NCBI GenBank assembly: GCA_964357525.1
Contig: CAYHLH010000001.1
Location: 11,719 to 75,718 of the forward strand
Length of the DNA: 64,000 bases
DNA from: an uncultured Candidatus Saccharibacteria bacterium
Lineage (GTDB): Bacteria; Patescibacteriota; Minisyncoccia; UBA6257; GWB1-50-10
Direction of reading: 5' to 3'
Shown: positions 22,172 through 31,890 of the stretch, in pieces
Numbering within the stretch: the first letter of the stretch is position 1
Layout: every line of letters starts with the position of its first letter
Position numbers and translations under genes: made by a program
The notes under the pieces: generated by a model
The model's database searches: none
The model's input: the letters and a program-made list of their open reading frames with translations, nothing else
Told to the model about the DNA's origin: nothing

Positions 22172-22376
22172 TTCTTCCTCCGTGATTAAATTGATTTGTA
22201 ATTCTTTATCTGTTTTTCATTATACCACATCGAAATATAAAAGTCAATAATTCAGGGATTTTGTCGACCCAGTAGAACTGTGGCATGCCGTGATTCTACG
22301 GGGTCAACCCCCGCAAGCGACAAAAATGGCCCGCTTTTATGCGGACCATGCAATACTTTATTTTTATGTAGGGGTT

Positions 22377-22796
22377 TCAGTCGTCTTCATTCTCATCACA
22401 AGCGCCGTTTTTGCCGCGCACTACATCGCTCGTGATCTTCGTGTTTGGGACAAAAAAATCCGCGATTTGCGATTTGATTTCTTTCTGTTTCAATCCCCCG
22501 TTCGGCGACTGCAGTTTGAATATGACCTTGGCATTATATGCCTTTCTTTTAAGGTTTTTGTACTGGTTTGGTGTCATGTACCCGTGTAATTTTCTATCCA
22601 CCAAAAAATGGGTAAAATCGCCCGACATAAGCCCGTCAAGTAATTTATCCCATTCGTCCTGGGGACCCACGCGATCGCATTCAAACTTCAGTTCCGTGCG
22701 GTTCGATTTGTCCGTATAATGGACGATAAGGGGCAGCACGTTCTCCTTGAACGCCTCGGAGCAGTACGCAACGAGGATTTTGATTTTCTCTTTCAA
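22377..22796 (-). CDS. Hypothetical protein (139 aa), N-terminus MKEKIKILVAY
   Basis: AT-rich island ORF; loosely resembles its two neighbours in length and N-terminal pattern. Confidence 0.45.
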   Translation of the reverse strand: MKEKIKILVAYCSEAFKENVLPLIVHYTDKSNRTELKFECDRVGPQDEWDKLLDGLMSGDFTHFLVDRKLHGYMTPNQYKNLKRKAYNAKVIFKLQSPNGGLKQKEIKSQIADFFVPNTKITSDVVRGKNGACDENEDD

Positions 22797-22930
22797 ATCT
22801 TTGTTCTCCTGTTTAATTTTTGAAAGTTGTTAAATGAGCGTCTGTTTACAATATCAAATGTATGAGAGTTTGTCAACTTGCCCCGAATCAAATGGAGACA
22901 AAACAGCTCGTAAACGAGTTGTTTTGTTTC

Positions 22931-22946
22931 TGTAGCTCCAAGGGGA
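22931..22946 (-). repeat. Partial duplicate of the tRNA-Glu 3' end (acceptor + T-stem)
   Basis: GTAGCTCCAAGGGGAA identical to 23092-23107 of the intact tRNA-Glu ~150 nt away. Confidence 0.6.
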
Positions 22947-23052
22947 AGCTCACCCGCTGGGAAACCCACGGTTTTCCCACAACCTTCCTCCACGGAAGGG
23001 ACGCGGTGGCTTCCCTTCCGACCCATCCCTCGTTCAATTCCCGACAACTACT

Positions 23053-23090
23053 GAAAAGAAATTCCCTCTTGCAAGAGGGAATTTCTTTTC
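23053..23090 (-). terminator. 38-nt perfect palindrome GAAAAGAAATTCCCTCTTGCAAGAGGGAATTTCTTTTC directly 3' of tRNA-Glu
   Basis: Perfect hairpin; likely tRNA terminator/processing signal. Confidence 0.45.
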
Positions 23091-23092
23091 AG

Positions 23093-23164
23093 TAGCTCCA
23101 AGGGGAATTGAACCCCTGTTTACGCCGTGAGAGGGCGTCGTCCTAGCCACTAGACGATGGAGCC
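23093..23164 (-). tRNA. tRNA-Glu (anticodon CTC)
   Basis: Reverse complement GGCTCCATCGTCTAGTGGCTAGGACGACGCCCTCTCACGGCGT...GGTTCAATTCCCC...; anticodon loop CTCTCAC. Confidence 0.75.
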
Positions 23165-23200
23165 ATATAATAATGCTTTTGAATAATAAATTGTTTTAGT

Positions 23201-23279
23201 GCGGGGTAAAAGGGAGATGCCTGCCCCGCACCGAGCTTCGCTCTGGTGCGCGGGTCCTAGCCGTTAGACGATGAGGCCA
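23201..23279 (-). pseudogene. tRNA-Glu-like fragment (5' acceptor + D-arm only) preceded by a GC hairpin
   Basis: GTCCTAGCCGTTAGACGATGAGGCC matches the 5' third of tRNA-Glu; no matching 3' acceptor strand, so not a functional tRNA. Confidence 0.4.
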
Positions 23280-23307
23280 AACACCACCATTGTACCGAAA
23301 GCGGTGA

Positions 23308-23736
23308 TTAAATCAAAAAATACAGGACCGCGGAAACGGCGCCGAGCGCGAGATACGGAAGGGAGATATGAAGCAAAAGCGCGTTCCTGAAGGCGTGGCG
23401 GAGATTATGGTCCGGAAATTTGGGCGCCGCAGTCCCTTCCGGCAGCGTGCCGGTCTCGAAGATTTTCTGGAGCACGCTGGCAATCTCGTCCCGGCGCTTC
23501 TTATAATTCTGGCGGTAGGTTTTGTTGATCCCCTCAAAGAACCAAAAGACGGCTAGGAGAATGACGGAAACCGCGAGGATTTCTTTCGCGTTCGACTGGA
23601 ACGCCCACCCGATGCTCACGCTCCAGAGCGTCACCGCCCATGTCTTTATTGTCGTCGTGAACCCATCGTACTTGTCCATTTGGGACTGCATCATCCCAAG
23701 TTCGTCTTTCAGGATTTCAAATTGATTCGTTTCCAT
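23308..23736 (-). CDS. Hypothetical membrane protein
   Basis: ORF 23308..23769; 3 predicted TM segments; probable start METNQFEIL. Confidence 0.4.
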   Translation of the reverse strand: METNQFEILKDELGMMQSQMDKYDGFTTTIKTWAVTLWSVSIGWAFQSNAKEILAVSVILLAVFWFFEGINKTYRQNYKKRRDEIASVLQKIFETGTLPEGTAAPKFPDHNLRHAFRNALLLHISLPYLALGAVSAVLYFLI

Positions 23737-23765
23737 GGATTTATTATACCGCGCCCAATGCAATC

Positions 23766-25067
23766 TCAATCATACAGCCCCGGCTTTCGCAACCATTCGG
23801 GCTCCTGCCGCACGAGGACGTCTTCCGCCGACGCGAGGTCCAGAAGTATCGCCTTCACCACTCGCTCCATCCGCACGCCCTGGCTTCCCTTCACGAGGAC
23901 GAGGTCATCGCGCTGCATCTTCTGCCCCAATTGCATGCCGAGCTCGTGCACATTTGTGAACGAAAACACCTTCTTCGGGGACATCCCCGCGCGAAGAGCG
24001 GACTCCGCGATGATCTTCCCGCGTATGCCAAGGGTAAAGAGGAGGTCGGCGCTCTCCCGGGCGAGGCGCCCCGCGCGCTCGTGCGCCTCCAGGGTGTGGC
24101 TCCCAAGTTCCAGCATGTCCCCTAAAACGACGATCTTCCGCTTCGCGGGAACTGACTTCAAGACCGCGAGCGCCTCCTCCATTGAGAGAGGCGCGGCGTT
24201 GTAGGTGTCGTCGATGATGAGCGACTGCTTCACGCCCCTCAATATCCTTTTCCTGCCATTAGGCGGAGTGTATTCGCGGAACGCCGTGGCGGCCATAAGA
24301 AGGTTGATGTTGAAGAGTATCCCCGTCGCGACTGCGGCGGCGATGGCGTATGCGGACGATCTGCCGAACGCCCCCGATACCTTGAAAGGCACGGTGCTGC
24401 CGCCGTATGAAAGCTTGAAGCTGATGCCTACCGCCTCCGCGTCGATGAAGTGCTTGAAACCCAAGATGCGCATGTGCGCCCCCTCGGAAAACCCGTAGGT
24501 GATGGTGTGGGCGCGCGTCTCCCTCTGGGAGGAAAGCACGCGCTCGTCGTCGGCGGAGAGTATCGCGAATCCCGTAGCCGGGAGCGCCGCAATGAGCTTT
24601 GCTTTTTCCCTTACAACCCCCTCGACGCCCGCGAAGAACTCTATGTGCACGGGCGTTTCCCCCACCGCCGTGAATATGCCTATGTGCGGCCGCGCGATCT
24701 TCAAAAGCCCCTCCATGTCCCCCGGCCGGTCGATGCCGTACTCCAAGACCAGAACCTCCGGGTAGTCGCCGTTCTTCCGCACGAGCCCCAGAAATCCCTT
24801 AATGATGACGCCGAGCCAGAAAAACGCGCCTTTCGGGGCACCGAAGTCGCCGATGATGGAAAGCGGCAAGCCGAATTCATTGTTGAAATTCCTCGACGCG
24901 GCGCGCACCGAACGCTCCTTCTTGAGGAGCAGCGCCACGGTCTCCTTCGTCGAGGTCTTCCCTACGTTTCCAGTGATGCCGATGATAGCAGGTTCGTGCC
25001 TCAGGACGACGCGCCTGGCGATGAACTTCAGGAGTTTTTTCAGAATGGCGAGGCCGACGGATCTCAT
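23766..25067 (-). CDS. murF: UDP-N-acetylmuramoyl-tripeptide--D-alanyl-D-alanine ligase
   Basis: GITGNVGKTSTKE ATP-binding motif and Mur ligase domains. Confidence 0.85.
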   Translation of the reverse strand: MRSVGLAILKKLLKFIARRVVLRHEPAIIGITGNVGKTSTKETVALLLKKERSVRAASRNFNNEFGLPLSIIGDFGAPKGAFFWLGVIIKGFLGLVRKNGDYPEVLVLEYGIDRPGDMEGLLKIARPHIGIFTAVGETPVHIEFFAGVEGVVREKAKLIAALPATGFAILSADDERVLSSQRETRAHTITYGFSEGAHMRILGFKHFIDAEAVGISFKLSYGGSTVPFKVSGAFGRSSAYAIAAAVATGILFNINLLMAATAFREYTPPNGRKRILRGVKQSLIIDDTYNAAPLSMEEALAVLKSVPAKRKIVVLGDMLELGSHTLEAHERAGRLARESADLLFTLGIRGKIIAESALRAGMSPKKVFSFTNVHELGMQLGQKMQRDDLVLVKGSQGVRMERVVKAILLDLASAEDVLVRQEPEWLRKPGLYD

Positions 25068-25072
25068 CGCTT

Positions 25073-26701
25073 CTATTGTACCCCCTGGTTGTCCGGGGGA
25101 ACATGGTAATACTGCAGGAGGAACTCGGTTAGCTTCTTGAATGTCGTGACGACGGTCTCGCCCGCCGCCTCCCCGTGCGCGGGGCGTTCCATCTTAACGA
25201 GCACCGTGAACCTTGGATTCGAGGCCGGCGCGTACCCGACGAACGTGTGTATCATCTCCTCGGAATATTTTCCCGTCGCGGGGTCGATTATGAAAGCGGT
25301 TCCCGTCTTTCCCGCCACCTTGTAGTTCGGTATCGCGGCGACCTTGTTCTTGACGACTGAGGAAACGAGTATGTCCGTGACGGTCTCCGCGGTCTCTTTT
25401 TTGAGGACCCGCCTAACCACTTCCGGCCTCATGTCCTTTTCGATGAAGGGCTTCATCAGGACCCCGCCGTTTCCGAGCGCCGAATATGCGGAGATGAGCC
25501 CCACGGGCGTCACGGAGATCCCCTGTCCGTACGCGGCGGTGGCGAAATCGATGGCGCGCACTTCCTTCCTCACTAGGTTCCGCAGGTTCCCGCGGATCTC
25601 GCCGGGAAGGCCTATGCCGGTTTCCTCACCCAATCCGAAGGAGGAAAGGTAGCGGTAAAAATCGTCGTGCCCCACGGCGCGCTCCGCGAAGATGGCGCCG
25701 GTGTTCACGGAATTCTGTATCACCTCGCGCATCGTGATGGTGCCGTACACCTTATTTTGGAAATTGCGCACGGTCTTCCCGTTCAGTGTGACGCTCCCCG
25801 TATCCGTATAGGTCGTTTCGGGAGAGAGCTTCCCCGTATCGAGGCCGGCGGAAAGCGTGAAGGGCTTGATGACGCTTCCGGGCTCGTAAATGAGTTGCAC
25901 GGCCGGATTCAAAAAGCTTCCGATGGGAAACGAGCCGTAGCGGTTCGGATCGAAATCCGGCTTCGACGTCATTGCGAGAATTGCGCCGGAGGTCGGCTCC
26001 TGCACGATGATGGTGCCCCCCGTGGCGCCGTATTTCTCGATGAGCTCCTCGAGGAGCCCCTCCGCGTGGTCCTGGACTCCGCGGTCTATGGTGAGACGGA
26101 CCGATTCGCCCTTCGCGAGGCGCTCATCATGAAACTGCTCCGCGCCGTAGAGCGCCGTCTGCGCGTCGTCCTTCATCCCCACAAATCCGATGACCTGGCT
26201 CGCGAGATGGTCGAACGCGTAGAACCTCCCCGGGGAATTCTCTATGCTCACCCCCTTGAGCTTCAGCGCCTGGACCGCCTTTACCTGTTCATCTGACGCG
26301 CGTGGAAGGAGGGGCAGATATTCGCTGCCGGATTCCGCCTTCGCCGCGATCTTCCCAGCGAGCTCGCGGGGATCCATGAGAACGACTGGAGCGAGAGATG
26401 CCGCGGCTGACACCGGGTCCCCGATCTCCTTCGGCGAAACAAAAATGAGGGGATATTCCCTCGTCATCGCGACCGATACGTCGTTCCCCGAGCGGTCCGT
26501 CATGAATATCTGCCCGCGCCGGCGGAGCCGTTCGTCGGCCGCCTCCGCTTCGGGCGACTTCCCGACCTCGCCCATGACGGGCCCGAGGAGGGAAGCGAGG
26601 AATCCCCGCTCGTTCACCTGTATGACGTAGAGCCGCGCGCCGACCGCCGCATACAGCGCGAAAAAGAGTATGAAAACGAATATCGCGCGGCCTTTCGACA
26701 T
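25073..26701 (-). CDS. ftsI: Penicillin-binding protein (class B transpeptidase, FtsI-like)
   Basis: SVIKP (SxxK), SxN and AGKTGTA (KTG) motifs; N-terminal TM. Confidence 0.85.
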   Translation of the reverse strand: MSKGRAIFVFILFFALYAAVGARLYVIQVNERGFLASLLGPVMGEVGKSPEAEAADERLRRRGQIFMTDRSGNDVSVAMTREYPLIFVSPKEIGDPVSAAASLAPVVLMDPRELAGKIAAKAESGSEYLPLLPRASDEQVKAVQALKLKGVSIENSPGRFYAFDHLASQVIGFVGMKDDAQTALYGAEQFHDERLAKGESVRLTIDRGVQDHAEGLLEELIEKYGATGGTIIVQEPTSGAILAMTSKPDFDPNRYGSFPIGSFLNPAVQLIYEPGSVIKPFTLSAGLDTGKLSPETTYTDTGSVTLNGKTVRNFQNKVYGTITMREVIQNSVNTGAIFAERAVGHDDFYRYLSSFGLGEETGIGLPGEIRGNLRNLVRKEVRAIDFATAAYGQGISVTPVGLISAYSALGNGGVLMKPFIEKDMRPEVVRRVLKKETAETVTDILVSSVVKNKVAAIPNYKVAGKTGTAFIIDPATGKYSEEMIHTFVGYAPASNPRFTVLVKMERPAHGEAAGETVVTTFKKLTEFLLQYYHVPPDNQGVQ

Positions 26702-26988
26702 CAGTGCGAGGTGAGATACCGCGGATTGCGCTCCAGCACGAGTCCCGACGCGAGGGCCGCTTCCTCAAGCCGGCGCGCGTCCGTCATCTCGTAGAGCTCG
26801 TTCTTGAGTTCCGCGTTCCTCACGTTCGCCGTTTCAATGGCTTTCCGGAGCGTTCGTTCCTCGGCGCGGAGAGACGCCACCGCGTTGTATTCGAAAACGA
26901 GGAGCGCCCCTCCCACAAGCGTCACGAGCGAAAGCGAGAGGAGAAATCTGAGGTTGTTCTTTTGGCTTGAAGGGTTGAAAATCGTCAT
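26701..26988 (-). CDS. ftsL: Cell division protein FtsL-like
   Basis: 95 aa, single TM plus coiled coil, positioned between rsmH and the PBP gene. Confidence 0.6.
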   Translation of the reverse strand: MTIFNPSSQKNNLRFLLSLSLVTLVGGALLVFEYNAVASLRAEERTLRKAIETANVRNAELKNELYEMTDARRLEEAALASGLVLERNPRYLTSH

Positions 26989-27878
26989 AAAATCTTTATT
27001 GCGCGCAGTTTTGCCGAACGTGCCCGCGGGTTCTGCGCCACTTCGCCGCGGCCGGCCTGGATGGGTTTTTTCGTAACGTGTTCCGCTCGACCTAATCGGA
27101 ACAGTTCCTTAAACCGGTTTTTAACCAACGCGTCCTCGAGCGCATGGAAGGAGATGACCGCTACCCTTCCTCCCGGCTCGATCCACTGGGGGAATTTTTC
27201 CAAAAACCTCTCGAGGCTTCCCAGCTCGTCGTTCACATAGATACGGATCGCCTGGAATGTCTTGGTTGCTCCGTGCAGTCCCCGCTCCTTTCTCTTGCCT
27301 TTGACGGAAAGAACTATGCCGGAGAGTTCCGCGGTCGTCCGTATCCTCTTGCGCTTCCGCTCCCGGACTATCCGCTCCGCGATCGCGCGCGCGCGGCGCT
27401 CTTCGCCGTAGCGCGCGAGTATGTTCTCGAGCGCGGGAACTCCGAAGCTGTTCACCACCTCCTCGGCAGAAACGCCCCCATCCTGGTCATAGCGCATGTC
27501 GAGACGGCCTTCGCGCATGAAGCTGAACCCCCTCCCCGCATCCTCGATGTGCAAGGATGAAAATCCGGCGTCGACGAGCATCCCGGAGGCCGTTTTGATG
27601 CCGGCATCCTTCATGGACAGATCCGCGTCCGCATAGTTCCCGTTCATAAGGAGCACTTTCGTCTTCGTGTCGCGCGCGAGCGCGTCCGCGATCTGGATTC
27701 CGGCGCGGACGAGCGAAGGGTCTCGGTCTATGCAGAGGAGCGTTCCTCCCGGCGATATCGCCTTCGCGATCTCCCTAGCGTGTCCGCCGGAGCCGAACGT
27801 GCCGTCAATGAAGGTCTCTCCTGGCAACGGAGACAGAACGCGTATGGTTTCGTGTAAAAGAACTGGGATGTGCGGCAT
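26985..27878 (-). CDS. rsmH: 16S rRNA (cytosine1402-N4)-methyltransferase RsmH (MraW)
   Basis: MPHIPVLLHE...DGTFGSGGHA. Confidence 0.9.
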   Translation of the reverse strand: MPHIPVLLHETIRVLSPLPGETFIDGTFGSGGHAREIAKAISPGGTLLCIDRDPSLVRAGIQIADALARDTKTKVLLMNGNYADADLSMKDAGIKTASGMLVDAGFSSLHIEDAGRGFSFMREGRLDMRYDQDGGVSAEEVVNSFGVPALENILARYGEERRARAIAERIVRERKRKRIRTTAELSGIVLSVKGKRKERGLHGATKTFQAIRIYVNDELGSLERFLEKFPQWIEPGGRVAVISFHALEDALVKNRFKELFRLGRAEHVTKKPIQAGRGEVAQNPRARSAKLRAIKIL

Positions 27879-27887
27879 GGGCGCGCG

Positions 27888-28322
27888 TCAGATGCCGAGA
27901 TCGCCGAGTTTCTCCGCGATCTCATCCGCCGCGCCTTCGGTCTTCGTTTTGTATGCGTTCCATTCTCCCGCATCCCAGACCTCGAGGCGCGTGCCGACGC
28001 CGATGATGACGGCGTTTTTCGAGAGCCCCGCGAATTTCCGCAAAGGTCCCGGGATCAATATCCTTCCCTGCACGTCGAATTCCACGTCCACCGCGCTGGA
28101 GAGGAGGTGTCTTGAGAATGCCCTCGATAACGACTTCCCTATCGGTAGTCCTGAGAGTTTCTCCTCGACGAATTTTTGCCACTCGCCCTCTCCGAGGACG
28201 AAAAGGCATCTGTCGAATCCCTTCGTGATGATGCCGCCGTGAATGAGCTTCTCGCGGAACTTCGCGGGAATGGCCACCCTGCCCTTAGGGTCAACGGTAT
28301 GTGTGTATTCGCCGAGAAACAT
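27888..28322 (-). CDS. mraZ: Transcriptional regulator MraZ
   Basis: MFLGEYTHTVDPKGRVAIPAKFR duplicated MraZ domain. Confidence 0.9.
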   Translation of the reverse strand: MFLGEYTHTVDPKGRVAIPAKFREKLIHGGIITKGFDRCLFVLGEGEWQKFVEEKLSGLPIGKSLSRAFSRHLLSSAVDVEFDVQGRILIPGPLRKFAGLSKNAVIIGVGTRLEVWDAGEWNAYKTKTEGAADEIAEKLGDLGI

Positions 28323-28500
28323 GGCTCTGTGATCTGAACTCTGAGCGAACGACCATGAGCGAAATGAATTCAGTTATCACGGAGAGCACCCCGCACATAA
28401 CCGATATATTTCGCTCTTCCCACACACAACTCTCAAAACTTGTAAAAACCCCCTTTTGTCGATTGAGAGTGTTATGTGCGGGGTCCGCAGTTTCATAGAC
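28323..28500 (-). promoter_or_regulatory. Conserved upstream leader module, copy E (type-2 P1 stem; degenerate uORF) upstream of mraZ
   Basis: P1 arms GAGCACCCCGCACATAACC (28383-28401) / GTTATGTGCGGGGTCC (28470-28485); proximal segment homologous to copy D but without an intact uORF. Confidence 0.55.
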
Positions 28501-28731
28501 TCGCTCTGCTCGTATGAAACTGGGAGTTATCCCCAGAAGAGGGTACTTATCCACATATTTACCCACAATTCCCCACTTCGCCCTCATACTACACCACAAT
28601 GCGGGAAATGAAAAAGCAAATTTCCGGAGGAGCCAAAAACGCTCTTTTTGCTGTAGAAAAATGGCGTGGTGCCGGAGTTATCAACAGAGCAAAATGCCAA
28701 GCGTCAAAAGATAACGTAGAATTGAGAAATC

Positions 28732-29445
28732 GTGACCTCGAAACATTCTCTTAAAGTACCCCGGCACCTCGCCGTCATTCCCGACGGGAACCGCAGGTGG
28801 AGCGCGATGATGGGCATTCCCCTTTCCGAGGGATACGCGAAGGGCGCGGAAAACTTCCTCGTCATTGCGGAGGCGTCGTTCGCGTCCGGCGTGAAATATT
28901 TCACGATCTGGGGCATGTCAGAGGATAATTTGAAAAAACGGAGCAAGACCGAGATTGCCATCCTCAGGTTCCTCTTTAAAAAGGAATTGCGGAAGCTCCT
29001 GGAATCGGAAAAACTCGTGAAGAACGGGATATCCATGCGCATAATCGGAAACGGGCTCCATATGCTCCGTGACAAGGAAGCGGCGGCGCTCGCGCGCGAG
29101 GTGGAGGAGATCTCTGGTCGGTTCACGAACCGCCGCATGACGCTCCTTTTCGGCTACGACGGGAAAGAGGACATGCTCTCCGCCATCAAGGGGCTTCACG
29201 GCGAAAAAAATCCGCATATCACGTACGAGGGCGTGAAGAAGCATTTGATGACCCCCGACCTTCCGCCTGTGGATTTCCTCATCCGAACGGGCGGCGAACC
29301 GCACTGGTCAGGCGGGTTCCTCATGTGGCTCACCGGCGACAGCGAGCTGTATTTCCCGGATATGTATTGGCCCGCGTTCCACCCGAAGGATTTGAAGGAT
29401 GCGTTCACCGAGTATTCGTCGCGCCGGTCCATGAAGGGAAGATGA
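28732..29445 (+). CDS. uppS: Undecaprenyl diphosphate synthase (isoprenyl transferase)
   Basis: HLAVIPDGNRRW and FLIRTGGEPHWSGGFLMW motifs. Confidence 0.85.
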   Translation: MTSKHSLKVPRHLAVIPDGNRRWSAMMGIPLSEGYAKGAENFLVIAEASFASGVKYFTIWGMSEDNLKKRSKTEIAILRFLFKKELRKLLESEKLVKNGISMRIIGNGLHMLRDKEAAALAREVEEISGRFTNRRMTLLFGYDGKEDMLSAIKGLHGEKNPHITYEGVKKHLMTPDLPPVDFLIRTGGEPHWSGGFLMWLTGDSELYFPDMYWPAFHPKDLKDAFTEYSSRRSMKGR

Positions 29446-29446
29446 T

Positions 29447-29779
29447 ATGACGCACGCGCACCATCACCTCCACAGGCGCAAACGCATCCACGTGCGCCAC
29501 GAGATATATCCACATCCGAATCCGTGGAAGCGGTTCCTCGACCGCTCCGTGCTCTTCGTGGGCGTCGCGGCCCCATTGATGACCTTCTCGCAGGTGTGGC
29601 TCATCTGGACGACAAAAAGCACCGAGAGCATTTCTCCCTCGACTTGGGGAATGTACTTCATCGCATCCATCGTGTGGCTCATCTACGGGCTCGCGCACCG
29701 CGAACTCCCCATCGTCATCTCCAACACGCTTTACGTCGTGGCCACCGCGCTCGTCCTCGTCGGCATCGCGATCTTTTGA
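29447..29779 (+). CDS. Small 3-TM membrane protein, SemiSWEET/PQ-loop-like
   Basis: 110 aa, three TM helices with an FSQV(W) PQ-like motif; assignment tentative. Confidence 0.4.
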   Translation: MTHAHHHLHRRKRIHVRHEIYPHPNPWKRFLDRSVLFVGVAAPLMTFSQVWLIWTTKSTESISPSTWGMYFIASIVWLIYGLAHRELPIVISNTLYVVATALVLVGIAIF

Positions 29780-29853
29780 AATAAAGATCAATCGCGTTTC
29801 CCTTCTTCCGCGATTTTCGGGTAGGCGCTGGGATAAAAGGAAATGCGCTCCGC

Positions 29854-30813
29854 CTACAGCACTTTCACCTGCGAGAGCAGGAAGTAGTGGTTGAAGACGA
29901 TGAGCGACCCCACGAGGAGGAGCATCATCGCGCCGTTCAGTATCAAACGCGGGTGCTGGACGCGTATCTTGATGAAAATCATCAAGGAGAACGCGAGCGC
30001 GATCATGGTGAGCATCATGGCATAGAGGTAGTTCACCATGCGGTGCGGGAGGGAAAAGAATTCCCGGAGGAATCCGAGCGATGCCGAGGCGGGAGGAACG
30101 GACACCCCCGCTGTTTTCGGGGACGCGGGTTGCGGCGGCACCTTTTTATCCGTTTTTTGGACCGTCTTCGCGGGCTCTGCCGTCCTCGGAGCTTCCCCTG
30201 CGGGAGCCGCGGGGGCGGTGAAAGCCGCCACCGGAACCGAAACGGCCGGCGCGGCGGGTCGGCCGAAGAATTGCACCACGAAGAGCGCTTCCCTCCCCTC
30301 GAAGACGCCGCGCGCGACGCCTATGCCGATCTCCGTGAAGCGGCCTGAAAGTATGTTCTCCTTATGGGATTCGGAGCGCATCCACGCACCAACGACGTCC
30401 TCCGATTCGGCGAAGTTCACCGCGAGGTTCTCCCCCGCGTTCGTGTAATCGTAGCCGACACGGTCGAGCCACGACCACGGCGCCTCGCCGCCGGGGCCCT
30501 GGTGCGAAAAATATCCCTCCTGCGCCATGTTCTCGGCTTTCAGCTGCGCCGCGCGGGCGAGGAGCTCGTTGCTCGCCAAGGTCGGCACCTGATATGTCTC
30601 CCTGTTCCGGTTCGTGAGATTCGCGACGACCGTCGGGAGAATGCTCGCCGAATAATTCGTCGCGGGAAGTATCCAGTAGATCTGGACGAGAAAGAGTATC
30701 TCCAGAAAGAGCGCGGCGGAGAACACCACGACCGCCGTTTCCCAATGGAAAAAGCGGGGCTTGAGGTCGTTCCCATCGTGCGGAATGAAATAGTTTTTGA
30801 AAAAATTCGCCAT
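29854..30813 (-). CDS. CAP/SCP (PR-1-like) domain protein with TM segments
   Basis: CAP motifs HKENIL / FTEIGIG; ATG start reset to 30813 (MANFFKNYF); TATAAT box 17 nt upstream. Confidence 0.6.
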   Translation of the reverse strand: MANFFKNYFIPHDGNDLKPRFFHWETAVVVFSAALFLEILFLVQIYWILPATNYSASILPTVVANLTNRNRETYQVPTLASNELLARAAQLKAENMAQEGYFSHQGPGGEAPWSWLDRVGYDYTNAGENLAVNFAESEDVVGAWMRSESHKENILSGRFTEIGIGVARGVFEGREALFVVQFFGRPAAPAVSVPVAAFTAPAAPAGEAPRTAEPAKTVQKTDKKVPPQPASPKTAGVSVPPASASLGFLREFFSLPHRMVNYLYAMMLTMIALAFSLMIFIKIRVQHPRLILNGAMMLLLVGSLIVFNHYFLLSQVKVL

Positions 30814-30875
30814 TTTCTTATGCAAAAATTATAGCATAAAACGCGTTAAAAATCAAATTACCTGAAAATAAAAAC

Positions 30876-30900
30876 CGAGTGGTCGTGCTCGGTTTTTTTT
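30876..30900. terminator. Bidirectional hairpin terminator (AAAACCGAGTGGTCGTGCTCGGTTTTTTTT)
   Basis: GC stem + T run. Confidence 0.5.
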
Positions 30901-30945
30901 GTAGGGTTTTCTCAAGGGTTTATTTTAAGCTCGGTGCACGCCGTT

Positions 30946-31215
30946 CTATGATGTCGCAAATTCTTTACAGTGTAAACTTTCAAGGTGGTACTTGTTTGTC
31001 TCATCCTCATACGGTGAGGTATGTGATGATAAAAACTTTTCGAACTCCGACTCATCCATGGCAAATATCATTTCTATCCATTCTTTCCACGTGGTAAGTT
31101 TGAATCTTGTGCCGTTATCGAAAATGTATTGCTTTGCGATCTCGAATTCATCCTTGGAAAATTTACAGTGTTTGCAGCTACTGACGTACATTTTTTTTCC
31201 ATTATGCATGTGCAT
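30946..31215 (-). CDS. Hypothetical protein (89 aa, CKHC motif)
   Basis: AT-rich small ORF. Confidence 0.35.
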   Translation of the reverse strand: MHMHNGKKMYVSSCKHCKFSKDEFEIAKQYIFDNGTRFKLTTWKEWIEMIFAMDESEFEKFLSSHTSPYEDETNKYHLESLHCKEFATS

Positions 31216-31289
31216 CGGTGACCCTCCTTTCCGTTATAAGATTTTAAAATTCTCACCTTCTTTCTACCCCGCCGGACGCGCGGCGTCAA

Positions 31290-31329
31290 CCCGGTAGTAG
31301 AAACTCGATATCGAGTTTCTACTACCGGG
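31290..31329. repeat. 40-nt perfect palindrome CCCGGTAGTAGAAACTCGATATCGAGTTTCTACTACCGGG
   Basis: Arms identical to the terminal inverted repeats of the element at 37619-37760. Confidence 0.8.
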
Positions 31330-31819
31330 TCAATACCTAAAAAAAGGCCCTCGCGGTGAGGAAGGCCTTATTATTTATACGCATGAACCCAAAGGTTCTA
31401 TATGAATACAGGAGGAGAAAACAAAAAGCTACGACCAGCGTAACTTCGAACGGAACGGGCGTCAATCCCGTTAGAGAAACGGGTTTTGAGTCATGCTCAA
31501 GCGCCGGTTCATACCTTTCGGATAAGGTGTAAAAGAAAATATAAGCATAATGGAATTAAAAACCCGCATGACTATTCTCTAACGGGATCGACCCCCAAAC
31601 GAAAAGCCCACGACGGGGCGTATGAGCGCGAAAGAACCCCGATGAAAGATTCCCGACAAAGAATCAAGTGGGTTTCCGCAATTCAGTGGGTTAGAAAATC
31701 GGAGGTAGTACCAATTCTCTGTCCGACCGAAAGATGTAGGAATCCCTTTGAAAAATAATTTAGTTCGGAATCTTTTCTCCAGGGTTCTGTCTGTATTATA
31801 CCACTCGGGGTTTATGTCA

Positions 31820-31890
31820 AAAGATTGACCCCCACACCAAATTATGTCTGTGCAAGGACCACCCCTAAAACCGGGTATTGGTGTGGGGGT
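31820..31890 (-). terminator. Large hairpin (CCCCCACACCAA...TTGGTGTGGGGG) immediately 3' of ndk
   Basis: 12-bp GC-rich stem with 37-nt loop. Confidence 0.4.

Noticed and set aside
23201-23279. A second functional tRNA, or a split tRNA half, next to tRNA-Glu
   Set aside because: It has a matching 5' acceptor strand and D-arm but no complementary 3' acceptor strand or T-arm, and the candidate anticodon loop lacks U33. Split tRNAs are known only from archaea. It is treated as a fragment or pseudogene.
31380-31760. A possible tmRNA, RNase P RNA or SRP RNA in the long spacer upstream of the 89-aa ORF
   Set aside because: The sequence has none of the expected conserved motifs: the P4-helix consensus sequences of RNase P RNA, the tRNA-like ends and tag-peptide reading frame of tmRNA, or the SRP domain IV sequence. 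It is reported only as an unexplained non-coding region.
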